From the NCBI GenBank assembly GCA_963664705.1, contig OY761556.1, forward strand, positions 2,208,001-2,272,000: a stretch of 64,000 bases of DNA, in the 5' to 3' direction. Below are positions 1 through 9,966 of this stretch, one piece after another. Made by a program: the position numbers and the translations under genes. This stretch comes from Acidobacteriota bacterium (GTDB lineage: Bacteria > Acidobacteriota > UBA6911). Within the stretch, counting starts at the first letter, position 1; each line of letters begins with the position of its first letter. The notes beneath the pieces are model-generated. The model was not told the DNA's origin. It saw nothing but the letters and a program-made list of their open reading frames with translations, and searched no databases.

Positions 1-810
1 TATCTCCTGAGCCACGGCGACACGAAACACCTGATGCTTCTTCCCGCGACCGTGGAGGAATGTTTTATCTTTGCACAGCTTGCATTCAATCTTGCGGAAC
101 GATTTCAGACGCCGGTCTTCTGCCTGAGCGATCTGGATCTTGGGATGAACCACTGGATCGCGGACGAATTCCAATATCCCGACGACATTCCCATTGATCG
201 GGGTAAGGTCCTCTCGGAAGAGGATCTCCGGCAGATGGGCGGATTCTCCCGCTACCGCGATGTGGATGGAGACGGGATTCCTTTTCGTACGCTTCCGGGC
301 AACAATCATCCGGGCGCCGCCTATTTTACCCGTGGAAGCGGACACGATATCGAAGCGGAATACACCGAACGCCCGGAAAGATATTCCGCGATCGTGGACC
401 GCATCGCACGCAAAATTCACGCGGCGGTAACTTCCCTCCCGCAGCCCGTTGTCTCGGGCTGCGTTGCTCCGGTCGGGATCATTGCCTATGGGAGCACGCA
501 TCACGCCATCGCCGAATGCCGTGATCAATTGCGCGAAGAGCATGGAATACCGACAGATTATCTGCGCATTCGCTCGCTGCCTCCCGCGGAAGCGGTCCGG
601 GAGTTTATTGACCGGCACGAGCGCATCTACCTCGTGGAACAGAATCGGGATGGGCAGATGCGGTCCATCCTCGCCATGGAGTTTCCAGGCTCCATGGGCA
701 AGCTTCAATCCGTCCTGCATTATGACGGGATCCCGATCGACGCGCGATTTATAACAAATGCCATTCTTGAATATGAAAAAAATGGAACCGGTGATGGAAA
801 AAGCGAGTAA
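1..810 (+). CDS. korA: 2-oxoacid:ferredoxin oxidoreductase alpha subunit, 3' part (truncated by window edge)
   Basis: Frame open from base 1 (YLLSHGDTKHLMLLP...); LAERFQTPV, RGSGH and VEQNRDGQM motifs; followed by the beta subunit gene. Confidence 0.9.
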   Translation, partial: YLLSHGDTKHLMLLPATVEECFIFAQLAFNLAERFQTPVFCLSDLDLGMNHWIADEFQYPDDIPIDRGKVLSEEDLRQMGGFSRYRDVDGDGIPFRTLPGNNHPGAAYFTRGSGHDIEAEYTERPERYSAIVDRIARKIHAAVTSLPQPVVSGCVAPVGIIAYGSTHHAIAECRDQLREEHGIPTDYLRIRSLPPAEAVREFIDRHERIYLVEQNRDGQMRSILAMEFPGSMGKLQSVLHYDGIPIDARFITNAILEYEKNGTGDGKSE

Positions 811-1840
811 CCGATCGAAAGTGCGCGGGCCGAATCACATCGGACTGACGATGCAGGACTATGCCGGCAGGGCTTCCACGCTGTGCGCCGGCTGCGGGCA
901 CGATGCCATCACCAGCCAGATCATCCGGGCCTTCTTTGAGTATGGAATCGATCCGCGTCGCGTCATCAAGCTATCCGGAATAGGCTGTTCGTCAAAAACA
1001 CCCGCCTATTTCTTAAGCCGCGCCTTCGGACTCAATGCCGTGCATGGACGGATGCCCTCGATCGGAACCGGCGCCATTCTCGCCAACCGGAATATGATCG
1101 CCATTGGCGTGAGCGGCGATGGCGATACGGCCTCGATTGGAATCGGGCAATTCATGCACATGCTGCGCAGAAATGTCCCCATGATTTACATCATGGAAAA
1201 CAACGGAGTGTACGGGTTGACGAAGGGGCAATTCTCCGCAACGGCGGAAGAGGGATCCGCGCTGCGCACCGGCGTGTCCAACGAACTGCCGCCCATCGAT
1301 TGCTGCGTGCTCGCCATGGAGCTCGGATGCGGCTATGTGGCGCGGTCTTTTGCCGGCGATCCCAGGCAGCTGCTGGCGCTTTTGAAGGGAGCCATCGGTC
1401 ACAAGGGAACCGCCTTCATTGATGTTCTATCCCCATGCGTTACCTTCAACAATCACGAGGGATCCACGAAGAGCTATAAACGGCTCAAGGATTCGGAAGA
1501 GCTGCTTCACGAAATTGGCTTCATTCCCTTCTTCGAGCCGATCTCGGTGGAATACCCGGCCGGTGAAGGAAAAATCGTGCGGCTCCATGACGGATCTCAT
1601 CTGACGCTCAGCAAATTGGAGAAGGAATACGAGCCGACGGATAAGGCGCAGGCATTGAACCGTATTCATGAGGCCAACAGCAAAGGAGAAGTCCTGACCG
1701 GGCTTTTCTATATCAATACGGACAAGCCTGATTTCACGGATCTGCTGGAAATGCACGATGAGCCGCTGGCAACCCTGCCGCCAGAACTTATTCGTCCCTC
1801 GCGCGAATCCCTGGCAGAAATCATGAATGATCTAAAATAG
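794..1840 (+). CDS. korB: 2-oxoacid:ferredoxin oxidoreductase beta subunit (TPP-binding)
   Basis: CAGCGH, SGIGCS, HGR, GDGD...NNGVYGLTKGQ and SPCVTFN motifs; start uncertain (782 or 794). Confidence 0.92.
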   Translation: MEKASNRSKVRGPNHIGLTMQDYAGRASTLCAGCGHDAITSQIIRAFFEYGIDPRRVIKLSGIGCSSKTPAYFLSRAFGLNAVHGRMPSIGTGAILANRNMIAIGVSGDGDTASIGIGQFMHMLRRNVPMIYIMENNGVYGLTKGQFSATAEEGSALRTGVSNELPPIDCCVLAMELGCGYVARSFAGDPRQLLALLKGAIGHKGTAFIDVLSPCVTFNNHEGSTKSYKRLKDSEELLHEIGFIPFFEPISVEYPAGEGKIVRLHDGSHLTLSKLEKEYEPTDKAQALNRIHEANSKGEVLTGLFYINTDKPDFTDLLEMHDEPLATLPPELIRPSRESLAEIMNDLK

Positions 1841-1864
1841 GGAGTCTTTTGAAATATTCGCAAT

Positions 1865-1899
1865 TTGCCCCCGGCCCGTTCTGAGCGGGCCGGGGGCAA
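1865..1899. terminator. GC-rich hairpin after korB (probable terminator)
   Basis: TTGCCCCCGGCCCG pairs with CGGGCCGGGGGCAA; no clear U tract. Confidence 0.55.
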
Positions 1900-1987
1900 T
1901 GGGATCGTCACTACCTAATGTAGCATTGGCCGGGACGCCTAACGCCACCTATTATTTGCCTGAGAAAGCCGGAAGCGCGATGCATCT

Positions 1988-2231
1988 CCGCCCCAGCGGG
2001 GCGGTCAGAACGTAGCCGGGGGTGAAGCGAAGCGAACCCCCGGATAGCATGAAATTTAAAGGAGCCCCGGAGGGGGCGAAAGATATTTTCGTTCCTCTAC
2101 ATAACCTAAAGCTGAACATTGGAGCGGGGCTCACTGTTTCTGCCGCCCTTTCAGGGCTCTTTCTCGCGCTTATCTCCACCGGGGGTTCGCTGCGCTTCAC
2201 CCCCGGCTACGCTCTTTCGGCCCTCCGGGCC
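1988..2231. repeat. GTAG-type REP-like inverted doublet (REPIN/BIME-like)
   Basis: 2011-2043 CGTAGCCGGGGGTGAAGCGAAGCGAACCCCCGG is the reverse complement of 2179-2211 with one mismatch in 33; each arm is itself a hairpin and is flanked by small GC hairpins. Confidence 0.8.
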
Positions 2232-2253
2232 CTGGACTTTGGACAAAAACAAA

Positions 2254-3627
2254 TCATGTTTTAGCGAAAATGGTTAGATTTTGGGCCATTTTCGCATAAA
2301 TGGGCTCCTTGACAGACGTTTCAATGATTTCTGTGCGTAGCAAGGTCAGTAAATCGAGCAAAGAAACGCGTGAACTGTTCGATCGCCATTTCGGAAGAGG
2401 GATGCGACAAAAATCGCGACCGGGCCCGAAACAATGCAACCCTGCCAGCAAAAGCATGGAATACGAAGCTACTGTCAAGGCCGGCTGTTTCGATACGGAC
2501 GACATCGACCAGACCTGAGCCTGTCCGACGCTAAGCACAGTTTTTTCGTCTCTATGATTGACTTCGATTTGCCAACGATCAAAGTAGCTTTGGATCAAGT
2601 CTCGGACGGGGCTGTAGGTGTCGGTCGACAGCAAATAACCTGGCTGACGAAAATTTCGGGAGGCATTGGGCGAGAGCTTATATGGTATGGGTGCAATAAC
2701 AATTAATCGCAATTGCCGAGTGCCTGCCCCACGTCGCCAAAGAACGGCTTCCACTATCTTGTAACGAATACGGCGTCTTCTTTGGCCCATCCAGATTTTG
2801 CACCATTTAAAAACAGCGCGCTGGGAATCGAGGACATCCTTAGGAGAGAAGATGTCGATACTATATCGCCGGCCACTGCCCTCGGGTGCAGGGAAACACA
2901 GGCGGGCGTCCTTCCGACATCGTGTCAGCAACTCTGTCCGGTCGAGAGGGTTTTTATAAAAACAGCGGTTACAGAAGCTCGCATCTGCGACGATTCGCAA
3001 TGTGCGATTTGTTGCCTTCATCTTGTCTAACTGGTTCCGGTAGTTTTGAATCCATTCCAACGATTGTGTGGAAAGATTATTAGCATTTTTCAATCGCCTG
3101 TATTCTTCTCGCTGCTGGTCACTGGCACGGATCCCGGGTTTCTTTACGACGGGTACGTGTCTAAAGGCCACTGGATAACCCCGCGCAGAGAATTCACCCT
3201 CGCAATGGTGCGGAAACAGCAAGGATCCTTGCAGAAACCGAAGCCCCCAAATCATGTTTACTTGAAACGGAGGCGACAAAGGATCTCTTTGCCAGCTGGC
3301 CCCTGGGATTTTTTTTCCGCTCTTTACTATCCGAGTGTCATCTACTGCTAGAACCACAGGCTTGTTCGGATATCGATTCAGATATTCTTCAGAGATCCTG
3401 TCAAACAATGCCTGCTCGTCCCAATGACTACGCGAGTAAAACTTGTAATCTGCGCTCCAGTCTTCCTGATTCCGCCCTTGCACACAGATCATCTGCGAGA
3501 TCGTCCTTCGACCCAAGGCCGAAGGCCACGTCAAAGCGTGGTCAATTCCTCGCTTCAGTGTCCGTGCTTGCTTAAAAACATCCTTCCAACTCTGCTCCAA
3601 CAAGGAACGGTAGAAGGGCAGCAGCAT
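2254..3627 (-). CDS. DDE transposase
   Basis: LAVDDT and IVADASF acidic motifs plus Y-x2-R-x3-E-x6-K (YFDRWQIEVNHRDEK); ATG 3627 follows AAGGAG; lies inside the TIRs. Confidence 0.9.
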   Translation of the reverse strand: MLLPFYRSLLEQSWKDVFKQARTLKRGIDHALTWPSALGRRTISQMICVQGRNQEDWSADYKFYSRSHWDEQALFDRISEEYLNRYPNKPVVLAVDDTRIVKSGKKIPGASWQRDPLSPPFQVNMIWGLRFLQGSLLFPHHCEGEFSARGYPVAFRHVPVVKKPGIRASDQQREEYRRLKNANNLSTQSLEWIQNYRNQLDKMKATNRTLRIVADASFCNRCFYKNPLDRTELLTRCRKDARLCFPAPEGSGRRYSIDIFSPKDVLDSQRAVFKWCKIWMGQRRRRIRYKIVEAVLWRRGAGTRQLRLIVIAPIPYKLSPNASRNFRQPGYLLSTDTYSPVRDLIQSYFDRWQIEVNHRDEKTVLSVGQAQVWSMSSVSKQPALTVASYSMLLLAGLHCFGPGRDFCRIPLPKWRSNSSRVSLLDLLTLLRTEIIETSVKEPIYAKMAQNLTIFAKT

Positions 3628-3629
3628 GA

Positions 3630-3983
3630 TCACTCTCCTTGCTTCAGAGCAAAGACGTTCTTGTCCGTTCGCAGAAAGCGATCGTGGCGACGTACCTTTT
3701 TCACTAAGGATGAGACCACGGACTCTCTATCCAGTTGTTTACCAAAGACCTTCTCAATACGTTCCAGGATTTCCGTAATATGTAGCGGCTTGCCTGCCCG
3801 TTGAAGTATGTCGTATACCATATCGATCTGTGACATACTCCCTGCCGTACGCTGCTCTTTCACGGAATCGGGATTCTTTAACTTTCGAATTGCACGTAGC
3901 TGGGCATCGAGTGCCACCTCGAAGGCATTAAGCACAGCGAGTTGGATCGGATCTTGTAGTTCTAGCGGATCTAGTTTCTTCAT
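3630..3983 (-). CDS. Small winged-helix (HARE-HTH-like) protein inside the IS
   Basis: IDMVYDILQRAGKPLHITEILERI...FLRTDKNVFAL pattern; GGAGG RBS; stop abuts the transposase start. Confidence 0.7.
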   Translation of the reverse strand: MKKLDPLELQDPIQLAVLNAFEVALDAQLRAIRKLKNPDSVKEQRTAGSMSQIDMVYDILQRAGKPLHITEILERIEKVFGKQLDRESVVSSLVKKVRRHDRFLRTDKNVFALKQGE

Positions 3984-4161
3984 GGCATTAACCTCCGTTG
4001 CAGAGATAATGCCACAACTGCGTATGTATGTATAGCAAATAACAACTTAACATACGCAAATGTCCAAAGTCCAGGGCCCTCCGGGCCTGTTGCTTCACTC
4101 GCGTCGCAGGGCTTAGAGCAAATAATAGGCAGCATTAGCCGGGACGCCGGCGCTACCAGTA

Positions 4162-4668
4162 TCAACTGCTGCGGTAATTGCCGAATTTCAGATCCACGCC
4201 GAAATCCTGCTCTTTGATCTTGTGCATCACAATCTGCAGGTCATCGCGGGATGGAGATGAAAGACGCACCTGTTCGCCCTGAATCTCTGACTGAACTTTC
4301 TTCATCTTAAGTTCTTTAACGAACTTTACGATGGCGCGGGCCGTCTCAATCGGAATTCCCTGCTGCAGATCGATCTCCTGGACAACGGTGCCGCCAGCCG
4401 CCGTCTGCACTTTTCCCATCTTCATGTTTCTGAGCGGGACCTGCCGCCTTACCATTTTTTCCTGCGCGACATCCCACACCGCCCGCAGCTTAAATTCATC
4501 GGGCGCGCGCAGCACGAGCTTGTTTTCCCCTCGCTGGAAATCGATATTGACGTTGAGACCCTTGAAATCGTAGCGCTGGCGAATCTCCTTCATCGCCTGG
4601 TTGACGGCGTTGTCGACTTCCTGCAAATCACACCCGGTTGTTATATCGAAAGACTGGGTCGCAGCCAT
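4162..4668 (-). CDS. yajQ: YajQ family nucleotide/c-di-GMP-binding protein
   Basis: SFDI...QEVDNAVNQA.KEI.QRYDFKG, QGI, IQGEQVR, RDDLQ, FGNYR. Confidence 0.92.
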   Translation of the reverse strand: MAATQSFDITTGCDLQEVDNAVNQAMKEIRQRYDFKGLNVNIDFQRGENKLVLRAPDEFKLRAVWDVAQEKMVRRQVPLRNMKMGKVQTAAGGTVVQEIDLQQGIPIETARAIVKFVKELKMKKVQSEIQGEQVRLSSPSRDDLQIVMHKIKEQDFGVDLKFGNYRSS

Positions 4669-4693
4669 GAATTATTCTCCTTATGGAATGCTC

Positions 4694-7435
4694 CTAGCGG
4701 GATGGGGCGCCCGGCTTCTTATTCAGTTGATCCAGAACGCTTCCCAACCGCTTGATTTCCTCGCCATATTTCGCCCAGTCTCCCTGCCTCTGCGCCTGAA
4801 TTGCGCGATCATAGGCCTCCCGGGCCTCCCGGAGCAGTGTCCCATTTCCGCCCGGAACCACGGCTTCCGTCTGGGCCGGGGCGGAGGCAGCGGACGCGGC
4901 AGTTCCGCTGCCGGCTGACTCTTCGGGCACAACGCTGTTGAAAATTTTGCCTATGGCAGCTTCGAGCGTCTCTTCCATCGCTATTTTGTTTTCGTAAGCA
5001 ACCACCACACGCTTCAGTTCAGGAATCTTTCCGCTCTCCGAACGAAGATACAGCGGCCGCACATAGAGCAGTCCCTCTTCAATGGGGATAACCAGCAACT
5101 GTCCCTGTATGACCTGGGAACCGCGCTGATCCCAAAGCGAAATCTGCCGCGAGATTTCGGCATCCTGATTGATGCGGGCGACAATCTGCCGCGGCCCGTA
5201 CACAAGCTTCTGTTTCGGGAAAGTGTAGACGAGCAGCTTCCCATAGTTATCGCCATCGCTCCGGGCAACCATCCAGGCAGACAGGTTGTCTTTTCTATCC
5301 GGAGTGAATGGAAGCATGAGGATGAATTCCTCCTGCTTTTCCTGCGGCAGCCGCATGATGGTGTAATACGGGGCCATGGAATTTTCGCCGCCGCCGCCCG
5401 AGATCACGGGAATCTGCCATTTATCTTCTTTGTTATAGAAGATCTGCGGACTGGTCATGTGATAGGTCGCATAGACATAGGTCTGGACTCCGAAAATATC
5501 CTCGGGATAGCGCAGATGACGTTTCAGGTCCGGGGACATTTGCGAGAGCGGCCGGAAGATGCCAGGAAAGATCTTCTGATAAACCTGGATCATCGGATCT
5601 TTTGGATCCGCGATATACATATCCACGCTTCCATTATAGGCATCCATGACTATCTTGACTGAATTCCGAATGTAATTGCCGATTCCGCGGGTTTCGGTGG
5701 AATACGGGTAGCGGTCCGATACGGTGTATCCGTCCTGGATCCAGAACAGCTTGCCCTCCGATACAACGATATAGGGATCGTGATCAAGAACGAGGAACGG
5801 AGCGATCCGGCTGATGCGCGTTTTGACATCGCGGTGATACAGGAATCGGCTCTCGGTGCTGACCAGCGGAGAAAGGACGATATTGGCATCCCTGAAATAA
5901 AGTGCGAACAGGAGCTTGCGCATGAATGAACCGACCGGCACGCCCCCCGTCCCCTGGTAGTTGGTGTATACGTTGGCTTCGCCGGATGGATAATCGAACT
6001 CCTTCTGACCCGATTTGACGATGGCATACCCTCGCGTAAGCTCACCAAAATAAATCTCGGGGCGATCCGTCTTGAATATGGGCGACGAGGAAACCGGCGG
6101 GATATTCTGCACCAGCAATTCCGGCAGGCCTTCGGATGTCATTCGGTTGACCGGCCCGAGCGCAACACCGTATCCGTGCGTATAGCTCAACCGCTCATTG
6201 ATCCAGTTGCGCTCCGGCAGGCTGCCGGAATTCAGCTCGCGCGCGGAAATCATGAATTGCTGCAATTCGTTGTTCAGCAGATAACGATCGTTGTCGACGG
6301 CAATGAAGTCATAGTAAGTGCGGATTTCCTGAATCTGCTTAAGGGCATCGAGAAGCGGTTCGTGATCCCATAGCCGGATGCTGTGAATTGTGGCGATGTT
6401 GTTCTGGATATCCTGCGGGGTGAGATCCTTATCCCCCGATAAATTTCGTTCCTCAACCTGGGAGATGCCATAGGCCTGCAGGCTGAAATCGATATTATGC
6501 TGAATCTGCGGAGCCTCTTTCCCGAGTTCATTGGGAGACACGATAAACTTCTGGATCAATGCCGGATAAAAATTCCCAGCAAACATCACTACCAGGTACA
6601 GGGCAATAGCCAGGATTCCCGGCCGATTCCCGGAGGCAAAGGCATTGGCGATCCACAGCACCGCACCAACGACCGCCGTTCCGGCCAGCAGTGAAAGCAT
6701 GGGCAGCCGCGCATGCAGGTCGGCGTAATTGGCTCCGGTGAACACGCCATGATCCCCGAACAGGATTTCATAGCGATCCAGGTAAGCACTGACAGCCAGC
6801 AACAGGAAAACAAGAGCGGCGAGGACCGAAATATGAACGCCGGTCCGGTTGCCTCGCATGGCATCGCGCATCTTCCGCCAGGACAGCGTGCCCTTAAAAT
6901 AATAAAGAACCACCACACCGATCAGGGCCACAAAGGCCAGGAGCAAGCCCATCCGGACGAGGTCATCAAAGAAAGGCAGCGAAAAGAAATAAAAGGACAC
7001 ATCCTTGGAAAACACAGGATCCGTGGTCCCGAAAGGAACACGATTCATCCACCGCCAGACCGATTCCCAATTGCCGGCCCCCGCCGTGGCAATCAGCAAC
7101 CCTACACCGGCCGCTACCAGCCCGGCGATACGCTGCACGGTATTCGAGGCGACCGTATAAGCCGTGATCTGGCCGGTCGGGGTCGGGATCCCGATCTGTA
7201 TCAATCCCGGTCCTTTGTTTGCATACAGAAAATTGATGTACAGGAACAGGAAACTAACCAGGAGCAGCCCGGAAGCCAGCATGCTCTTGGCATACAGAGA
7301 CGTCGTGAAAACGGCCGCCTTGCCCAATTCGGCGAACCACAAAAAGTCGAAGTACATCTCCAACGCAAAAGACAAGCCGCCAAACAGCACAAAGAGGGCC
7401 AAGATGATGATCATCAGAGTGATTCTTTTGCGCAT
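4694..7435 (-). CDS. UPF0182 family membrane protein
   Basis: N-terminal TM helices; TDPVFSKDVSFYFFSLP, IRLWD, YTHGYG, NYIRNSVK, HLRYPEDIF; ATG 7435 with AGGAG. Confidence 0.9.
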   Translation of the reverse strand: MRKRITLMIIILALFVLFGGLSFALEMYFDFLWFAELGKAAVFTTSLYAKSMLASGLLLVSFLFLYINFLYANKGPGLIQIGIPTPTGQITAYTVASNTVQRIAGLVAAGVGLLIATAGAGNWESVWRWMNRVPFGTTDPVFSKDVSFYFFSLPFFDDLVRMGLLLAFVALIGVVVLYYFKGTLSWRKMRDAMRGNRTGVHISVLAALVFLLLAVSAYLDRYEILFGDHGVFTGANYADLHARLPMLSLLAGTAVVGAVLWIANAFASGNRPGILAIALYLVVMFAGNFYPALIQKFIVSPNELGKEAPQIQHNIDFSLQAYGISQVEERNLSGDKDLTPQDIQNNIATIHSIRLWDHEPLLDALKQIQEIRTYYDFIAVDNDRYLLNNELQQFMISARELNSGSLPERNWINERLSYTHGYGVALGPVNRMTSEGLPELLVQNIPPVSSSPIFKTDRPEIYFGELTRGYAIVKSGQKEFDYPSGEANVYTNYQGTGGVPVGSFMRKLLFALYFRDANIVLSPLVSTESRFLYHRDVKTRISRIAPFLVLDHDPYIVVSEGKLFWIQDGYTVSDRYPYSTETRGIGNYIRNSVKIVMDAYNGSVDMYIADPKDPMIQVYQKIFPGIFRPLSQMSPDLKRHLRYPEDIFGVQTYVYATYHMTSPQIFYNKEDKWQIPVISGGGGENSMAPYYTIMRLPQEKQEEFILMLPFTPDRKDNLSAWMVARSDGDNYGKLLVYTFPKQKLVYGPRQIVARINQDAEISRQISLWDQRGSQVIQGQLLVIPIEEGLLYVRPLYLRSESGKIPELKRVVVAYENKIAMEETLEAAIGKIFNSVVPEESAGSGTAASAASAPAQTEAVVPGGNGTLLREAREAYDRAIQAQRQGDWAKYGEEIKRLGSVLDQLNKKPGAPSR

Positions 7436-7647
7436 GATGCTCCTGTTTGCATAAGCACGGTTAAAATATCGTACACTCACAATTGCCGGATGGGATCATA
7501 CATCAGGTTGTAGGCACATTGGCAACTGGATCATGAATTTGGATCGAGAATCGAAGGCCCTTGATTTTGAGGATCAGGCTAAGTATGGTTCAATCTTGTT
7601 TTCAGGATTGTATTCTTCGCAGTAATCTACCGAAAGGACACGCCCCG

Positions 7648-8178
7648 GTGACAGGCAGCCAACCTGATATTCGCAAGAGGACAGCCAAGCCCACTGCCTC
7701 CAGCAAGATCGTCAAGAAAGTATGGATCAAGGCTTCGAAAGAAGTCGTTTATAGCGCTCTGATAGAGCCGAAAGAGCTCGTCCAGTGGTTTTGCGATCGA
7801 GCTTCCTTGAATCCGTGCGAGGGGGGCGAATTCGTGGCGTCCTGGCGTGGACAAAAGACCGGCCAGAAGGGACGCGCCATCATTAAACAGCTGATCCCTG
7901 GATCAGCGCTCGACCTGCTTTGGACAGACGATGGAAGCGGAGTTCAGGAAAAGGGAGCCAGCCACACTCTGTCCTACGAGATCCAGTCCAAGGCGGAAAT
8001 GACCGTGCTGATCATGACGGACAAGGATGATTCCATCTCCGACGAGGAAACCGTGGAGTTTCTCGACAAGGGTTGGAATTCCGTGCTTCTGGACCTGAAG
8101 GATTACTGCGAACGCAAGGAGCGCACGCTGAAGCTGAAAAACCACCCCGGCTCACAGAGTGAGATCGACTCGGAATGA
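7648..8178 (+). CDS. SRPBCC/AHSA1-domain protein
   Basis: IKASKEVVYSALIEPKELVQWF...GGEF...GWNSVLLDLKDYCE; GTG start after AAGGA (start uncertain). Confidence 0.75.
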   Translation: MTGSQPDIRKRTAKPTASSKIVKKVWIKASKEVVYSALIEPKELVQWFCDRASLNPCEGGEFVASWRGQKTGQKGRAIIKQLIPGSALDLLWTDDGSGVQEKGASHTLSYEIQSKAEMTVLIMTDKDDSISDEETVEFLDKGWNSVLLDLKDYCERKERTLKLKNHPGSQSEIDSE

Positions 8179-8179
8179 C

Positions 8180-8995
8180 ATGGCCAAGGCTCTATCTGTC
8201 CTGCTGCTGTTCCTTTTCCTGAAGCCGCTGCCGGCGGCGGATCTGAAAAGCGCCGCCATTCAGGAATGGAACCGCTATCTGCAATGGGCCAACACAAAAG
8301 TTCAGAAGGAAGAATCTGATCCTGCCCTATTCCTGATACAGAATGCCCTGCCGCCTTCTGAACGGGCGGAGGTCCGGCGCCAGATCGAATCCGGCGGCAT
8401 CTATATCGCCCGAAGAACCGGAGTAATTCCCAAGGGGGGTCATTTCGATGTCCCGGATTCGGAAATCCACCACTGGTGGGGAACGATTCTCCTCAGGAAT
8501 ATAAAGCTGACGCAGTTGCTGGAATTCCTGCAGGATTATGATCACCATGCGGGCAAATTTTCTGAAGTGGAAAAATCACGCCTGATTTCCACAAATGGAA
8601 ACAATTACCGGGTGTATTTTCGCTTTCGACGATCCAAGTCCTTTGTAACCGTTGTCTACAACACAGAGCAGGATTGCGTATACGAAAACCGCGGCGAAGG
8701 GCGAGTTATCAGCAATAGTGTTGCCACAAGAATTGCGGAAGTGGAAAATCCCGGGACTCCATCCGAAAGGGAAAAGCCCATCGGACGCGATAGCGGATAC
8801 CTCTGGCGGCTTGTGAGCTGGTGGAGATATGAACAGCGTGGCAGCGACGTGGTCGTCGAACTGGAATCGGCGAGCCTGAGCAGGGATATCCCGCTCGTGG
8901 TCAATTTTATCCCCGGCCTCAGCCATTACATCCGATCAACGCCCAGGGAATCGCTCGAATCTGTTCTGGCCAGTGTTCGACAGTATGCGAAGTGA
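8180..8995 (+). CDS. Exported hypothetical protein (possibly START-like fold)
   Basis: Signal-peptide-like N-terminus; EIHHWWG, GYLWRL.SWW and ESASLSRDIP motifs; coupled to the upstream gene. Confidence 0.65.
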   Translation: MAKALSVLLLFLFLKPLPAADLKSAAIQEWNRYLQWANTKVQKEESDPALFLIQNALPPSERAEVRRQIESGGIYIARRTGVIPKGGHFDVPDSEIHHWWGTILLRNIKLTQLLEFLQDYDHHAGKFSEVEKSRLISTNGNNYRVYFRFRRSKSFVTVVYNTEQDCVYENRGEGRVISNSVATRIAEVENPGTPSEREKPIGRDSGYLWRLVSWWRYEQRGSDVVVELESASLSRDIPLVVNFIPGLSHYIRSTPRESLESVLASVRQYAK

Positions 8996-9147
8996 CGTTG
9001 CCAGGGCTCGGACCGTCGGACGTAGTGCTTCCACAAAAAGCGCCACGAATTTCACGAACGGGTTTGTTATCGCCCCGCTGCGACCGCCGGTGTCTCGCCG
9101 GCAAGAACGCGGCTACTTCCATGGCACGGATGACGCTCCAGTAGAAT

Positions 9148-9837
9148 CTATTTTGTCCTGGTCGGACTGATTCGCGTCAATTCATCCAGGAATATCTTTG
9201 CATCCTTTGGAACCGAATCGGATTGGTACATCAGAAGATTCCGCGGCTCAACCGGTTTCCCATAGAGTGTCTCATTCGACGATTTATCCGGACGAATGGT
9301 TCCACCCTTGATCACCAGGCCGCCAAACAGGCCGCGCGAACGCGCATAGGCAAGAATTTTCGCGGACATCCACGCGTCGGTTTCTGCCGCGGCCGTCCTG
9401 CCCACCGGGCCGGCTGCCACGGAAGCGTCTCCCCCTAATGTGAATTTGCTATCGAGCAGGCTTTCGAGTCCCGAGAGATTCATAATCACAAGAACCAGGT
9501 CGACGGACTGCGCACCAATCTGCAATCCGAAGCTTCCGCCTTCCAGCCGGAACATGGACGGAGCGCTCCAGGGTCCATCTCCACGGTTGGTTCGGCAGGA
9601 CATCAGCCCGCGGCCATAATTCGCGCCGAAAATAAACCCTCCCTTTTTCATGCCGGGGATCACGGCAACGCACACGCTCTTGTTGAGCAGATCGGTGGGA
9701 ATACCACTGTCCGGAGCATCGTGGATTTCGCGCAGTACAATCGCTCCGCGCACCACGCGGTCATTTACGGGGTTTCCGGCAACCACGAGAGAAGGAATCA
9801 ACAGTCCGAATGCAACCAGAAACAGTAGTTTCTTCAC
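9148..9837 (-). CDS. Ysc84/SYLF lipid-binding domain protein, exported
   Basis: VAVIPGMKKGGFIFGANYGRG, GGSFGLQIGAQSVD, SVAAGPVGR, YARSRGLFGG; GTG after GGAGG. Confidence 0.88.
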   Translation of the reverse strand: MKKLLFLVAFGLLIPSLVVAGNPVNDRVVRGAIVLREIHDAPDSGIPTDLLNKSVCVAVIPGMKKGGFIFGANYGRGLMSCRTNRGDGPWSAPSMFRLEGGSFGLQIGAQSVDLVLVIMNLSGLESLLDSKFTLGGDASVAAGPVGRTAAAETDAWMSAKILAYARSRGLFGGLVIKGGTIRPDKSSNETLYGKPVEPRNLLMYQSDSVPKDAKIFLDELTRISPTRTK

Positions 9838-9966
9838 GGCGCCTCCTGAACGCATCACAAAAGTGAATAAAACAATAGGGTACCACACGAGGATTGCACA
9901 TCAACCCGGAAGACACGAAGGCTCAAAGCACATCTTTGAGCCCGGATCGGTTGAGAACAGATTCAA

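Larger units (their letters stand above)
2232..4074 (-). mobile_element. Insertion sequence (IS4/IS701-like DDE clan), 1843 bp, two ORFs
   Basis: Perfect 14-bp TIRs CTGGACTTTGGACA (2232-2245) and TGTCCAAAGTCCAG (4061-4074); direct repeat GGCCCTCCGGGCC at 2219-2231 and 4075-4087. Confidence 0.92.

Noticed and set aside
1865-2231. Possible CRISPR array in the repeat-rich spacer
   Set aside because: Repeats are inverted and only two; no direct repeat-spacer periodicity and no cas genes in the window.
1952-2264. Two ~80-aa ORFs on opposite strands with near-identical starts (MKRSEPP)
   Set aside because: Artefact of the inverted REP arms, not genes.
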